Source: Candidatus Thiodiazotropha sp.
Lineage (GTDB): Bacteria > Pseudomonadota > Gammaproteobacteria > Chromatiales > Chromatiaceae
DNA length: 64,000 nucleotides
NCBI GenBank assembly: GCA_040506775.1
Contig: JBEVWC010000027.1
Location: forward strand, 159,801 to 223,800
Direction: 5' to 3'
In this document: piece after piece, positions 51,615 through 60,965 of the stretch
Layout: each line of letters begins with the position of its first letter
Numbering within the stretch: the first letter of the stretch is position 1
Notes under the pieces: model-generated
The model's database searches: none
What the model saw: the letters and a program-made list of their open reading frames with translations, nothing else
What the model was told of the DNA's origin: nothing
Translations under genes and position numbers: made by a program

Positions 51615-52999
51615 GAGCTTTCAATCTCCAGGTATTCCGGCAACTTCACCACGAAGCGGGCCCCCTGTTCATATTCATGGTCAAGCCGAATTTCGGCCCC
51701 TCGTTTCGCCAGCATGGCCTGGCCAATGGACAATCCCAGACCACTGCCTTCTCCAACCTCCTTAGTGGTGAAGAACGGATCGAATATGCGGCTTCTATTT
51801 TCTCTGGACACACCAGGGCCATTGTCTTCGACGCTGACATACACCGAGCCATGGTCGTCGCGCCATGATCGAATGGATATCTTCGCCTGGGTGGTCTGTC
51901 GCAAAGCCTGCATCGCATTCAGCATCAGATTGGTAAGGACGATTTCGAACTCTCCGCAGCCCCCCTGCACTAGCAGAGTGGCAGGATCGAGATCAATCTG
52001 AAGGTCGATCTTCATACGCCGTAAACGGCAACTGATAAAGGTCTCCACCACTTCACCAACAACCTGATTGACATCACAGGAATCGTTGTCACAACGCTCT
52101 CGTCTGGCATAGTTCAGAAGGTCCTGGATGATCCTTGAGCAACGTTTTGCTTCATCGGCAATGATCTCGAGGTACTGAGTCTTCTGTTCGTTATTGTTGC
52201 CCTGAGTATCTCCGAGCAATCGGGTGTAACCGAGAATATTGCCCAATGGAGTATTCAGTTCGTGCGCCACACCAGCGGCAAACTCACCCATTGCCACCAG
52301 CTTCTCACGCATCGCGACGCTCTCTTGGAGTTGACGGTACTCGCTCATGTCCTGCAATGTAATGACCGCACCCATGTCTGCATCCTGCTGGGTCAGAAAC
52401 GAGAGGTTGAGTGAAAAATAGTGCCGCTTGCCATCGATCATCAGGTCGATCTGCTGGTTATACAAAACGCGCTTATAGAGGAAGGTATCGCGAAGGATAT
52501 CCCGGTCACCTTCTTCAAGTTGCAACAGATCGAACAGGTTCTGCCCGACCAGCCCGCCATTTGTAAAATGGAACAACTCCTCAGCCTGACGGTTCACCGA
52601 GTTAATCTTAAGATTGTCGTCGACACTCAAAAGTGCACCAGGAAGACTCTGTAACAAGGCATTGATCTTGTTACGTTCATTCGCCACCCGTCCCTGACAC
52701 TCTTCAACTGTCGAGAACATCGAAGTCAGGATGGCAAGCATGCGATTGTAATCGGTGATGACTCGTCCGACTGCCCCTCCCCGGGAAACATGGGGCGAGA
52801 GGGGTTGCAGCAACCCCTCCTGAGCCTGGAGAATGTTCTCTCGCAAGGCATTGAGTTGCCAGCGTTGATAGAGATAACCAACGATCGCCAGCACGATGCT
52901 CAATACCGCGGCAATACGTAACCAGAGCTGGTCGTCTATGAATGCGACCAGCAACAATACGACAACGACAGCGGCGAAGCCAATCGCCGCTGTCGTCAA
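51611..52999 (-). CDS. PAS sensor histidine kinase cognate to the sigma54 regulator
   Basis: Two adjacent TM helices with no periplasmic domain; PAS; AGVAHELNTP, DNGPG, FDPFFTTK and GSGLGL; ATGA overlap with the regulator. Confidence 0.93.
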   Translation of the reverse strand: MTTAAIGFAAVVVVLLLVAFIDDQLWLRIAAVLSIVLAIVGYLYQRWQLNALRENILQAQEGLLQPLSPHVSRGGAVGRVITDYNRMLAILTSMFSTVEECQGRVANERNKINALLQSLPGALLSVDDNLKINSVNRQAEELFHFTNGGLVGQNLFDLLQLEEGDRDILRDTFLYKRVLYNQQIDLMIDGKRHYFSLNLSFLTQQDADMGAVITLQDMSEYRQLQESVAMREKLVAMGEFAAGVAHELNTPLGNILGYTRLLGDTQGNNNEQKTQYLEIIADEAKRCSRIIQDLLNYARRERCDNDSCDVNQVVGEVVETFISCRLRRMKIDLQIDLDPATLLVQGGCGEFEIVLTNLMLNAMQALRQTTQAKISIRSWRDDHGSVYVSVEDNGPGVSRENRSRIFDPFFTTKEVGEGSGLGLSIGQAMLAKRGAEIRLDHEYEQGARFVVKLPEYLEIESS

Positions 53000-53093
53000 G
53001 CCATGGCCTCCTGGCAGTTCCGGGTGACGCTCCTCCCGAGCGGACCGTGTGGATACTTGTTCGAGAATATGGTTTTCCTCTTTGAATTCTGCC

Positions 53094-54263
53094 TTAAAAG
53101 ATCAGTTGCAGACCCAGAGTCGCCTGATCATAGTCCTGCAGTGAATGGATGCTGGGATGTTCCTCCTCATAGCTAACATTTGCATATTCAAAGGTCACCT
53201 TCAACCTCTGGCCATCGATATAGTAGTTGGCGCCAATACTGTTCCACTGGTTATCGTAGTAGGGACCATCGGTGTCGTAGTCGAGGGCCTCATGGCGATA
53301 GAACAGCTGCAGACGGCCTGGACCCACCGGACTCGGGAACAGGTAACCGAACTTCGCATAATAACCGTCCAACTGGGTGTTGACGGTCAGCTCAGGATCT
53401 GGATTCTGGTTGATAGCATCCCCCACGTCGTAGTCGAAGGCCGCTGCTGAGGCGGTCACCGTTCCAAAATCAAAGGGATATTCGTAAAACACATCCGCCG
53501 TCCAGGCCGTATAGTCCTGAGGATCGGATCGGGCGGGATAATCGGCATAGGCGACGTCTCCCTGGTAATCGTACGCCACACCAAAGGTCAAGACCTTGCG
53601 GGTGCCGAGATAAGTACCCCGGTAACCGTAATCATATTCAGGGTCCAGCATAGTGTAATGGAGGCGGGTGGTGATCCTGGGGGAGTCCTTTACCACTTCG
53701 TCCCCTTCTCGACCGTCGGCGATCATCAGACGATACTGAAGCTTGGCATCTGCCAGATTACCCCAGACTGCCACGCCAGTATCCCGCGTACCACCAAAGG
53801 GTGTATAGGAGAGAACCTCGGACCGATCCAGGGTCAACGGTTCCAGACAGGCCTCAAGATTCTCACGCGAGAAGGTGTTCTTGAAACGACCCACAATGAA
53901 GCGCAGCGGATCCGAGTAGTCCAGGGTAATGTAGGCATCCCGATAATAAACCGAGCGGTCATCGTTCCCGGCACGACTGTCGCTACCCGCTTCCAGTTGA
54001 GCATAGAATCCAATGCTGTCGTTGTATTGACCACTGAGCGTGATCCGATTGCGCCGCAGAAACATATCGGTCTGACTGCCGTCATCCGTGTTTGAAGTGA
54101 AGCTGCGGTACTGGCTCCAGCCCTGAACTGCGTAACTGAGCGTAAGGGAGCCCTGTTCTCCAAACTCTATGGTGGGCCCTGCCTGTGCCGAACCTGCAGC
54201 TGCCAGAGTAACCGCACCGGCTGCCAGCAGGCGCACATATTGCGAATGCTTATTGTTTTTCAC
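53094..54263 (-). CDS. Outer-membrane porin, OprO/P-like (ExtI-like)
   Basis: Signal peptide; FLRRNRITL, YRDAYI, GRFK...SRENL and GRDTG-like motif; terminal LGLQLIF. Confidence 0.82.
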   Translation of the reverse strand: MKNNKHSQYVRLLAAGAVTLAAAGSAQAGPTIEFGEQGSLTLSYAVQGWSQYRSFTSNTDDGSQTDMFLRRNRITLSGQYNDSIGFYAQLEAGSDSRAGNDDRSVYYRDAYITLDYSDPLRFIVGRFKNTFSRENLEACLEPLTLDRSEVLSYTPFGGTRDTGVAVWGNLADAKLQYRLMIADGREGDEVVKDSPRITTRLHYTMLDPEYDYGYRGTYLGTRKVLTFGVAYDYQGDVAYADYPARSDPQDYTAWTADVFYEYPFDFGTVTASAAAFDYDVGDAINQNPDPELTVNTQLDGYYAKFGYLFPSPVGPGRLQLFYRHEALDYDTDGPYYDNQWNSIGANYYIDGQRLKVTFEYANVSYEEEHPSIHSLQDYDQATLGLQLIF

Positions 54264-54771
54264 TGCTTACCCCCTTGCTTGCAACGTACTTGCTCAACAA
54301 TGTGCTGCCCTCATCCCCAGCGTGACACTTGAAACAGAATTTATCGGGTTGAGAGAGCGAGTCGCCCACCATGCCACCATGAGCAATACTCTCCTTCATG
54401 AGACGCGGGTTGCCACCATGACAACCAACGCAGGAGTTGTTGACCCGATCGTGGTCCTGATGCCAGGGCTGACTGGTCGGGGCACCGGCACGTTTGCCGT
54501 TATGGCACTTGAAACAGCTCGAAGCACCAAGACCGCAGGCATTTGCCAGGCGGATGGGTGAAAGTTGAGACAAGCTGTCCTGCAGGGATACGATCGCTGA
54601 ATCGCCCCAACCCTGCGTCGGCTCGGACATCTGCTTGGATAGCGAATCAGGCATTTCTGATGCAGGGGTTAATAACACCGACAGCACCAATCCACTTACC
54701 AAGAGCACCCCGGAAAGCAGTGTGATTCGTCGCAAACCCTGGGTAAATCTGGACAGCAACTTCTTTATCAT
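54250..54771 (-). CDS. Membrane-anchored or exported triheme cytochrome c
   Basis: CFKCH, CVGCH and CFKCH; N-terminal hydrophobic helix; extra Cys in ACGLGASSCFKCH. Confidence 0.88.
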   Translation of the reverse strand: MIKKLLSRFTQGLRRITLLSGVLLVSGLVLSVLLTPASEMPDSLSKQMSEPTQGWGDSAIVSLQDSLSQLSPIRLANACGLGASSCFKCHNGKRAGAPTSQPWHQDHDRVNNSCVGCHGGNPRLMKESIAHGGMVGDSLSQPDKFCFKCHAGDEGSTLLSKYVASKGVSSEKQ

Positions 54772-55010
54772 TGGTTTTCTCCTCCTCGTGATCGATTCTC
54801 TTGTTCTGATTCATTGTCGCCTTTCGAGCCGCCGTTGCGTTCGCGTTCCGCACGACGGATATCCGCCTCGCTGAGTCCGCCGCTGCACATGCACACCGGA
54901 CCACTCTTGAAACGCAGACCAGAGGGACTTGCCGCACCCCCGCTCCGCTCATCCAGCCCGGCACACATGGCGGTATTCCACCCAACCGCCAAACCCCAGA
55001 CAGCCACCAT
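54768..55010 (-). CDS. Small CxC-containing protein (~80 aa)
   Basis: GGGAGG RBS upstream of ATG 55010; PVCMCSGGLSEADI; ATGA overlap with the triheme gene; start uncertain. Confidence 0.55.
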   Translation of the reverse strand: MVAVWGLAVGWNTAMCAGLDERSGGAASPSGLRFKSGPVCMCSGGLSEADIRRAERERNGGSKGDNESEQENRSRGGENQ

Positions 55011-55087
55011 GAGAAAAGTTACCTCCCTGAACTGATGCGGCAATCTTGTGGAGTCAGGTTTCATGGATCTTTTCATAGATCTTCTAG

Positions 55088-55104
55088 AGCATTTCCTATG
55101 CCAA
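55088..55104 (-). promoter_or_regulatory. sigma54 -24/-12 promoter 3
   Basis: TTGG-CATAGGAAAT-GCT; IHF-like TAACAACGAGTTA in an AT-rich tract just upstream. Confidence 0.75.
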
Positions 55105-55190
55105 AGATATATTTCTCTTATTAACAACGAGTTACGATATTCCATCCGAGCACACTGGATTGCACAAGGCCTTCCGGGGCGGATTTGCTC

Positions 55191-56417
55191 TCAATTTGCA
55201 ATCCGCCCGTTAACCGGTAGCGACTTGTCCATGCGAATCAGCTCGTAGCGGGTTGCACGGGCATCCGTATAGGCCGTTTCGAGCAGGCCGAGGGAAGCGG
55301 CCGGTAATCGCTCCGGCCGCTCAAGCATTTGTTTGAACATCCGTTCGTAGTGTTCCCTGGGCACTACCGCAACATCCAGGGTCACCACACCGGAGTTCGC
55401 CTCGGTCCATGCCTGCAAACGATGGCTTTCACCGGGGGCTATACGGGTGTCAGCCAGTTCCCGGTTCAAGTCGACATTCACCTGCCAACCGATGGTCGAC
55501 TGCGCAAGACGCTCCGTCTGACCGTCTGTCCTTAGCAGATTCAGGGTCAATACAACCTTCGGCACCATGTAGGTGGGAAAAAGGTGTCCTACATCCACAT
55601 TGGTCAATGAGGCGGAAATCCGATAACGTCCATCCACAGGTGTCACATGCAACTCGGCGCGCACAGCATTGCGCACCATCTGCGGATCATGGATACCGCG
55701 CCAGAGATGCCGGCGGTCGGGCATATGGCAATCCTGACATTGGCGCTGCTCAGCGGCAGCCGGACTTGCCAGCCACTGAGCATAGGTATCCTCCTGCAGC
55801 TTGCCGTTGACGCGTGGGCCCTCCTCCGGAAACTGATGGCAGGACGCACAGAAGCGACTGTCTGAGAACGCCTCGTGAACCGTGAATCCCGCATGCGGCA
55901 GGCGCCCCGTAGGCAGCTCTGCTCGAGGTTCTGGACCGAAGCGTTGATGTCGACGCACATGACAGGCGGCACAAACCAGCCCCTGTTGGTCAAGATCCCC
56001 GCCGACATAGTCCGGTGGTGCTTGCTTTGGCGCGCCCGGCCAGTCAAAACGCAACGCCATCAACGCCTTCTGCTCCGCCAATGGCGCATGACAGTCAAGA
56101 CATTTGTTGGCCTGGGACTGATTCATGAGATGCAGCTGCCACATCAGGCCTGCAGAGACCGTACGGCTATGCAGACTGGTCTGCCAATCCTCCCACTGTC
56201 GCGGGTGACAACTGCCGCATTCGCCAGGTGCCAGGGAACCCTCACGATCTGTGAATCCCTCAGGCAAAGGACCTTGCGGGGCAATAGGGCGTTGCCAGTG
56301 ACGATCGACAAAGGTGTCTATGGTGATCTCTTCACGCGCAAGAAGATAGAAAGCGAGCAACAAACACAACAGCGCCAGAATCAAACCAGACACAATCAAT
56401 CCCACACGCCCATTCAT
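55191..56417 (-). CDS. Pentaheme cytochrome c (c554-like family) with N-terminal membrane anchor
   Basis: CGSCH, CLDCH, CAACH, CASCH, CQDCH and GHLFPT; start moved to 56417 because the longer ORF begins inside a terminator. Confidence 0.88.
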   Translation of the reverse strand: MNGRVGLIVSGLILALLCLLLAFYLLAREEITIDTFVDRHWQRPIAPQGPLPEGFTDREGSLAPGECGSCHPRQWEDWQTSLHSRTVSAGLMWQLHLMNQSQANKCLDCHAPLAEQKALMALRFDWPGAPKQAPPDYVGGDLDQQGLVCAACHVRRHQRFGPEPRAELPTGRLPHAGFTVHEAFSDSRFCASCHQFPEEGPRVNGKLQEDTYAQWLASPAAAEQRQCQDCHMPDRRHLWRGIHDPQMVRNAVRAELHVTPVDGRYRISASLTNVDVGHLFPTYMVPKVVLTLNLLRTDGQTERLAQSTIGWQVNVDLNRELADTRIAPGESHRLQAWTEANSGVVTLDVAVVPREHYERMFKQMLERPERLPAASLGLLETAYTDARATRYELIRMDKSLPVNGRIAN

Positions 56418-56523
56418 GGGAGATCCATCAGCGAAGCCCTGTAGCACTCGCACAATCGACTCGTTTCCGCCAAGCGCATCCTCCGTCGTACCACCACGGG
56501 TTTCAAAGCATGACCCCAGTGAG

Positions 56524-56551
56524 AAAAAAAGGGCCCGCACATGTGCGGGCC
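56524..56551 (-). terminator. Rho-independent terminator after the rhodanese gene
   Basis: Perfect palindrome GGCCCGCACATGTGCGGGCC followed on the minus strand by a T7 run. Confidence 0.8.
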
Positions 56552-56616
56552 ATAATACACATCGAAATAATCAATCCGATTGAATAACACCCAGCCGGAT
56601 TGATACTACCCGCAGC

Positions 56617-58107
56617 TTAACCGCCACAGGGGTTTGGGGGAAGCACGCCACCTCCGCTGCTGCCGTTGTCCGGGGCTGGAGTGGTGGAAGAGTCAGAACT
56701 ACCCGAATCGATGATCACACCCTTGTATTCCAGATCCGCAACAATGACGGCATCAGTGCTCGGGGCGTAGGCATTCACGATGTTACGCGGGGTAATCGCT
56801 GCTGGGTCGCCCTGCACACGAAACATACTGACCGTACTCTTATCCGTGCGCCAGGGGGAATCCCAAGGCAGTATCGCATTGCCATCACTCGCCACAACAT
56901 TGGCCATCGAATGCCATTCAGTCATTGCGCCGTCATAAAAACGGGTCGGTAATCCCAGGATGACGCCTGAAGCGACACCCGTGATCATGGCACGAAACGT
57001 GGTTTCGCAGTACGTATAAACCGTATCACCTGCCTGGTAGGCGTTGCCAGCACCGACCCCCTGCAGGGTACCATCGACAAAACCGATCCCCGAGCCGTCA
57101 GTATATCCATCAAGATAGGACTGAATTTCAGCCTTGCTCTTGAAGGTATATCCGGCATCGGTATGCAGCAGATTGGTATAGGCCAACATCAGCGCACCAT
57201 TCGGATGGCCTTGAGTCGCACCGCCATTGCGATAATCTGCATCATCATCCGGACTGTACTCGTCACTACCGCTGGTCGGAAGACTGGTTGGCAGATTGTT
57301 GCCGCGGGCATCCCAGATGAATACCCCGTCACCGAGCAGATTGACATCCTGAGTCGGAGCGATGTTGATCATATCCTCCAGCGTGGCCTGCAGAGCCATG
57401 TTGGCCTCCGGCAGATCAATCACACTCGTGGAACCGTTCATCGGCGGGGTACTGCCCGCTGCGGAGAAATCGGCCGCTGTCATGGCCGTATTGGTACCCA
57501 CCCATTGGTTCCCGCCGTTGAGAATTGCCAGATGTTCTTTCGCAGTTCCCCAGTAACGGAACATATACCAGCATCGTCCGGCACGCATCGTCTGTCCGGC
57601 ACCTGCCGTGCCCTGAGCACAAACCACCATGTCCCGGGTGGGATCTATACCGTATTTGGACATAAAGGTGTCCATACCCCGACCGCTCGGTACCATGCTC
57701 ACGGTTTCGGTCACACCGTTGGAACGGGTCTCAACCCACTCACTACCATCCACCGCATAGGTGAAGATATTGGCGCCGTCCGGTGCAACAAAGTCGTACC
57801 CGGCCTCACCCGCCGATGTCTGCAGAATGACCAGTTTGCCGGTGATGCCTGCGGGTTTGTTGGTAGACCAGCTGTCCAGCCAGCGTTTCAGGGTATTACC
57901 CGTGATCAGACCGTTGACGTTGTCGTCATAGTTGTCAGCAGACTGCTGAGCGATATCGGACGGCATCTGCTCCGCGGTCGCCGACGATGCGCTGACCGTG
58001 GCTCCACTGTCATCGGCGGAACCGACACAACCGGCAAGTCCCAGTGACAGCAATCCAGAGGCCACTAGTGGCACCCCCATTCGGACGAATAGTGTACGTC
58101 GCTTCAT
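56617..58107 (-). CDS. Tandem-rhodanese lipoprotein (ExtH-like sulfurtransferase)
   Basis: Lipobox LAGC; WDARG, GHPNGA, active-site-like YCETTFRA and YDGAMTEW; Ser/Gly linker ending PNPCGG. Confidence 0.82.
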   Translation of the reverse strand: MKRRTLFVRMGVPLVASGLLSLGLAGCVGSADDSGATVSASSATAEQMPSDIAQQSADNYDDNVNGLITGNTLKRWLDSWSTNKPAGITGKLVILQTSAGEAGYDFVAPDGANIFTYAVDGSEWVETRSNGVTETVSMVPSGRGMDTFMSKYGIDPTRDMVVCAQGTAGAGQTMRAGRCWYMFRYWGTAKEHLAILNGGNQWVGTNTAMTAADFSAAGSTPPMNGSTSVIDLPEANMALQATLEDMINIAPTQDVNLLGDGVFIWDARGNNLPTSLPTSGSDEYSPDDDADYRNGGATQGHPNGALMLAYTNLLHTDAGYTFKSKAEIQSYLDGYTDGSGIGFVDGTLQGVGAGNAYQAGDTVYTYCETTFRAMITGVASGVILGLPTRFYDGAMTEWHSMANVVASDGNAILPWDSPWRTDKSTVSMFRVQGDPAAITPRNIVNAYAPSTDAVIVADLEYKGVIIDSGSSDSSTTPAPDNGSSGGGVLPPNPCGG

Positions 58108-58213
58108 GATCTTCTTATCCTCCACCTTTGGTTGATAGCTCTCGCAACATGCATTGAGACGCCGGGCCCGGGGGCGATGGTCATCCAAGCTTGCGAACTC
58201 GCTATTGGCTGTT

Positions 58214-58230
58214 TGCAGTTTCTATGCCAC
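58214..58230 (-). promoter_or_regulatory. sigma54 -24/-12 promoter 2
   Basis: GTGG-CATAGAAACT-GCA; AT-rich tract immediately upstream. Confidence 0.75.
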
Positions 58231-58365
58231 TCGTTACGGCAGCCAATTTTTCTTATAAAACAATAAATAAAGCGTAACGCAGCTGTTCTTTCGAATTGCA
58301 GTCCATTGCAGCTTTACCACGCATGACGATCGAGTGCGTATTTTGCAATGTCGCGAATTCTTTCT

Positions 58366-58560
58366 TCACATCGTCTGCCGAATCACCAGCGGCACCGCAC
58401 CGGATGCCAACTGGTCAAGCAATCCCTGATAGTCGTCAGTCAGAGTGACCTCAGCCACCTCCGCGCCACGCTGTTGTAAGCCGTTACGCATACCTTCGAT
58501 CAGGGGGCCGCGTTGCGCATCATTGACATAGATCAGGACAAACGTTTTCTTCTCGCTCAT
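58366..58560 (-). CDS. Small conserved hypothetical protein, last gene of the YeeE-TusA-DsrE block (DsrH/TusB-sized)
   Basis: 64 aa; ATGA overlap with the preceding gene; beta-alpha-beta-alpha-beta pattern. Confidence 0.6.
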   Translation of the reverse strand: MSEKKTFVLIYVNDAQRGPLIEGMRNGLQQRGAEVAEVTLTDDYQGLLDQLASGAVPLVIRQTM

Positions 58561-58802
58561 ATCAGGAACACCACGTTGGAATCCATCAGCCAGTCCGCAA
58601 GCAAGTCGCCACTTTGTGCCGAGACTGTTTCCAGAGGCACTTCAGCGAAATCCAGTGCGTCGAGTTGTTCCTGAGCCGCATCGGACGAATCCAGGTCGCC
58701 ATACACAGCGACACGCACCGCGTCATCCAGCAAGGTCAACCCGGTAGCCATACGCAACGCCTCGATACGATCATGCATGGCCAACATCAGTATGTTTTTC
58801 AC
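58557..58802 (-). CDS. Conserved hypothetical protein, DsrF/TusC-like
   Basis: Probable GTG start 58802 after GAGGA; EALRMATGLTLLDD motif; no Cys. Confidence 0.65.
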   Translation of the reverse strand: MKNILMLAMHDRIEALRMATGLTLLDDAVRVAVYGDLDSSDAAQEQLDALDFAEVPLETVSAQSGDLLADWLMDSNVVFLI

Positions 58803-58833
58803 TTCTGCCAATTCCTCTCTCCTCTCAAACCGC

Positions 58834-59145
58834 TCAGAACACCAGTACCCGATCGCTGTTGTGCACCATCTCCGCGTCCTGATACTGACCACCGATAACG
58901 ACCCGCTGCATCAATTCTTCATCTGTCGTCGTTGGATGGTCATGTCGCTCCATACTCAGTTCACAGACCGCGACATTCAGATCCTGTGTTTTCATCAGAT
59001 CGCAGAAGCCGTCATCCTTCAGCAGCAGTACACCCCGGTCGGTGAGAAAGCAGCGATTGCCCCATCCACGCTCGAAAGATGCCTTGATGACACCAATGGC
59101 GTGTCCGGCCAGCGTCTCGTCGGTAATCACGATACCCAACTGCAT
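58834..59145 (-). CDS. DsrE-like sulfur-relay protein
   Basis: LGIVIT, CFLTDRGV, VCELSM and GGQYQDAEMVHNSDRVLVF; about 100 aa. Confidence 0.75.
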   Translation of the reverse strand: MQLGIVITDETLAGHAIGVIKASFERGWGNRCFLTDRGVLLLKDDGFCDLMKTQDLNVAVCELSMERHDHPTTTDEELMQRVVIGGQYQDAEMVHNSDRVLVF

Positions 59146-59149
59146 GGGA

Positions 59150-59401
59150 TCAGCCCTTTCGGATCTGCCAGGTGAAGGTGCCGCCGCCCTCCTCCCGGTT
59201 CATCAACTCATTACCGGCTGTCTCACACATGGAAATGATGGATTCGCCGGACGAGGGGTTGTCGAAGATCAGGGTCAGCACGTCGCCACTGTCCATCTTC
59301 TGTAGTGCCTTTTTGGTGTACATTTGCGGATGCGGGCAGACGTAACTGGTCACATCCAGCAGATATTGTCCTTCTGCGGTCTGTTCAAATTTCACGGCCA
59401 T
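59150..59401 (-). CDS. TusA/YeeD-family sulfur carrier
   Basis: LDVTSYVCPHP, GDVLTLIFDNPSS; GGAGG RBS before ATG 59401. Confidence 0.92.
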   Translation of the reverse strand: MAVKFEQTAEGQYLLDVTSYVCPHPQMYTKKALQKMDSGDVLTLIFDNPSSGESIISMCETAGNELMNREEGGGTFTWQIRKG

Positions 59402-59469
59402 GGTCGTTGTTCCTCCCAATGATCAATGCTTTCGAAACGATGTCTTGTTCTCTCTGCGTTGCAGCGGCT

Positions 59470-60933
59470 TTAGAAATCGAGTCCGCCTTGACGTGCGGCC
59501 TGCCATTCGACCCACCAGTTGAAGACCTTTACCCCCACGTATCCGCCACCGATCATACCGAGCAAAAAGAGCCAGCCGGTCAGATCGCCGTTGGTAACAG
59601 TGGCGAAAAATGCCCCTACATTGCAGCCCATGCCTACACGGGCACCTATTCCCATCAGCGCACCACCGATAATGGCGAATACCGCAGTTTCAAGATTCGG
59701 TACTTTCCATTTGAACTCCCTACGCAGGTGCGCGATTACAGCAGCACCAAGAATGATGCCGATGGACATAAAACCGGGTGCGTTCAACAGTGGATTCGGT
59801 AGCCCGTAATCGAGGCCGAAGAAGATGGTATCCATGTTCTCCACGCCAAGCTTGTTCAGCAGCCAACCACCCCACTGTGCCTCCTGGGTGGTGATGTACC
59901 AGTAGCCGGGATCGAATACCGTATCCTGAATGGAGAGCCCGCTGCGGTAACCCATGTCCGCCAGCAATTCACCAAAGTTAAAAATACCGTAGTGGTCTCG
60001 CAACGCGCCGATAACCCACATGTGAAGTCCCGCGAAGATGCCCAGTCCAAGACCGGCCCAGGCGGTGTTCTTGGACGAGGTGAACATGGTCCATATCGCC
60101 TTGGAGTGTTGACTAAGGCTCGGTCGATCGATGCCGTTGCGGCGCATATAACCCTTGCGGTAGGTCACGGCATAGAGCGCAAGCAAAATCGCCAGAGCCG
60201 GTAGAATTGCGCCCAACAGAGCATTACCGAAAAACGCCGACCAAACCGGATCCTCAAGTCCCAGACTCTGCGCCACGGTTCCCCCCTTGAGGTCCCACAC
60301 GTAACCCGCCATGAACTGATCGAACCAGCCATCGGTCACGCTCAGTTCTTCCGGCATGCCCTTCTCCATCGCTGAGGCCGTCCAGGAGGCTGGCGCAAGG
60401 GCGTTGCTCCAACTGTCCATGGCGACGAACAGCGCCTGAGAGAAAGAGATCGACACCAGCACCAGCATGGAGCCAATATTGCCTTCACCACTCTTGTACA
60501 AAGAACTGGATGCGCAACCGCCCGTGAAGACGATGCCAAAACCGAAGATCAGACCCCCGATCAGGATATGCCAACCCAGTGGATGAGGGTGAAAGGTATT
60601 GAAGCCACTGACCTGAACGGCTGCAGCGGTTAATGAAAACAGCACCACTGCGATCATCACACCGACCGCCATTCTCGGCACACCCACGGCAAACAGATCG
60701 CGCACAGCGGACGCCATACAGAAACGGCCGTACTGCAACAGCACGCCATAGATCAGACCAAACCAGATATAGACCAACATATAGATAAAACGCTGATCTT
60801 CATTCAGCGCCAGGAGTGAACCCAGCGCGACCAGCCCGAGAATCAATGCGGCATATCGATTGCCTGTTTGACTCAACCAACCACTTTTGGTCCGCGATGC
60901 ATCTAATGTTGTGGTGCTTTCTTGACTGTTCAT
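59470..60933 (-). CDS. YeeE/YedE-family sulfur-compound transporter
   Basis: Three conserved Cys motifs GRFCMASA, GGCASSSLYK and GCNVGAF; multi-TM; AGGAG RBS. Confidence 0.92.
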   Translation of the reverse strand: MNSQESTTTLDASRTKSGWLSQTGNRYAALILGLVALGSLLALNEDQRFIYMLVYIWFGLIYGVLLQYGRFCMASAVRDLFAVGVPRMAVGVMIAVVLFSLTAAAVQVSGFNTFHPHPLGWHILIGGLIFGFGIVFTGGCASSSLYKSGEGNIGSMLVLVSISFSQALFVAMDSWSNALAPASWTASAMEKGMPEELSVTDGWFDQFMAGYVWDLKGGTVAQSLGLEDPVWSAFFGNALLGAILPALAILLALYAVTYRKGYMRRNGIDRPSLSQHSKAIWTMFTSSKNTAWAGLGLGIFAGLHMWVIGALRDHYGIFNFGELLADMGYRSGLSIQDTVFDPGYWYITTQEAQWGGWLLNKLGVENMDTIFFGLDYGLPNPLLNAPGFMSIGIILGAAVIAHLRREFKWKVPNLETAVFAIIGGALMGIGARVGMGCNVGAFFATVTNGDLTGWLFLLGMIGGGYVGVKVFNWWVEWQAARQGGLDF

Positions 60934-60965
60934 ATCTCCTCAACCTTGGCAGAGTGCCTCGTGTT

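Noticed and set aside
55191-56540. Longer N-terminus of the pentaheme cytochrome as given in the ORF track (likewise for the rhodanese, guaB, xseA and TusA genes)
   Set aside because: The extensions run through terminators or promoters or precede clear RBS-ATG pairs and signal peptides; shorter starts were adopted.
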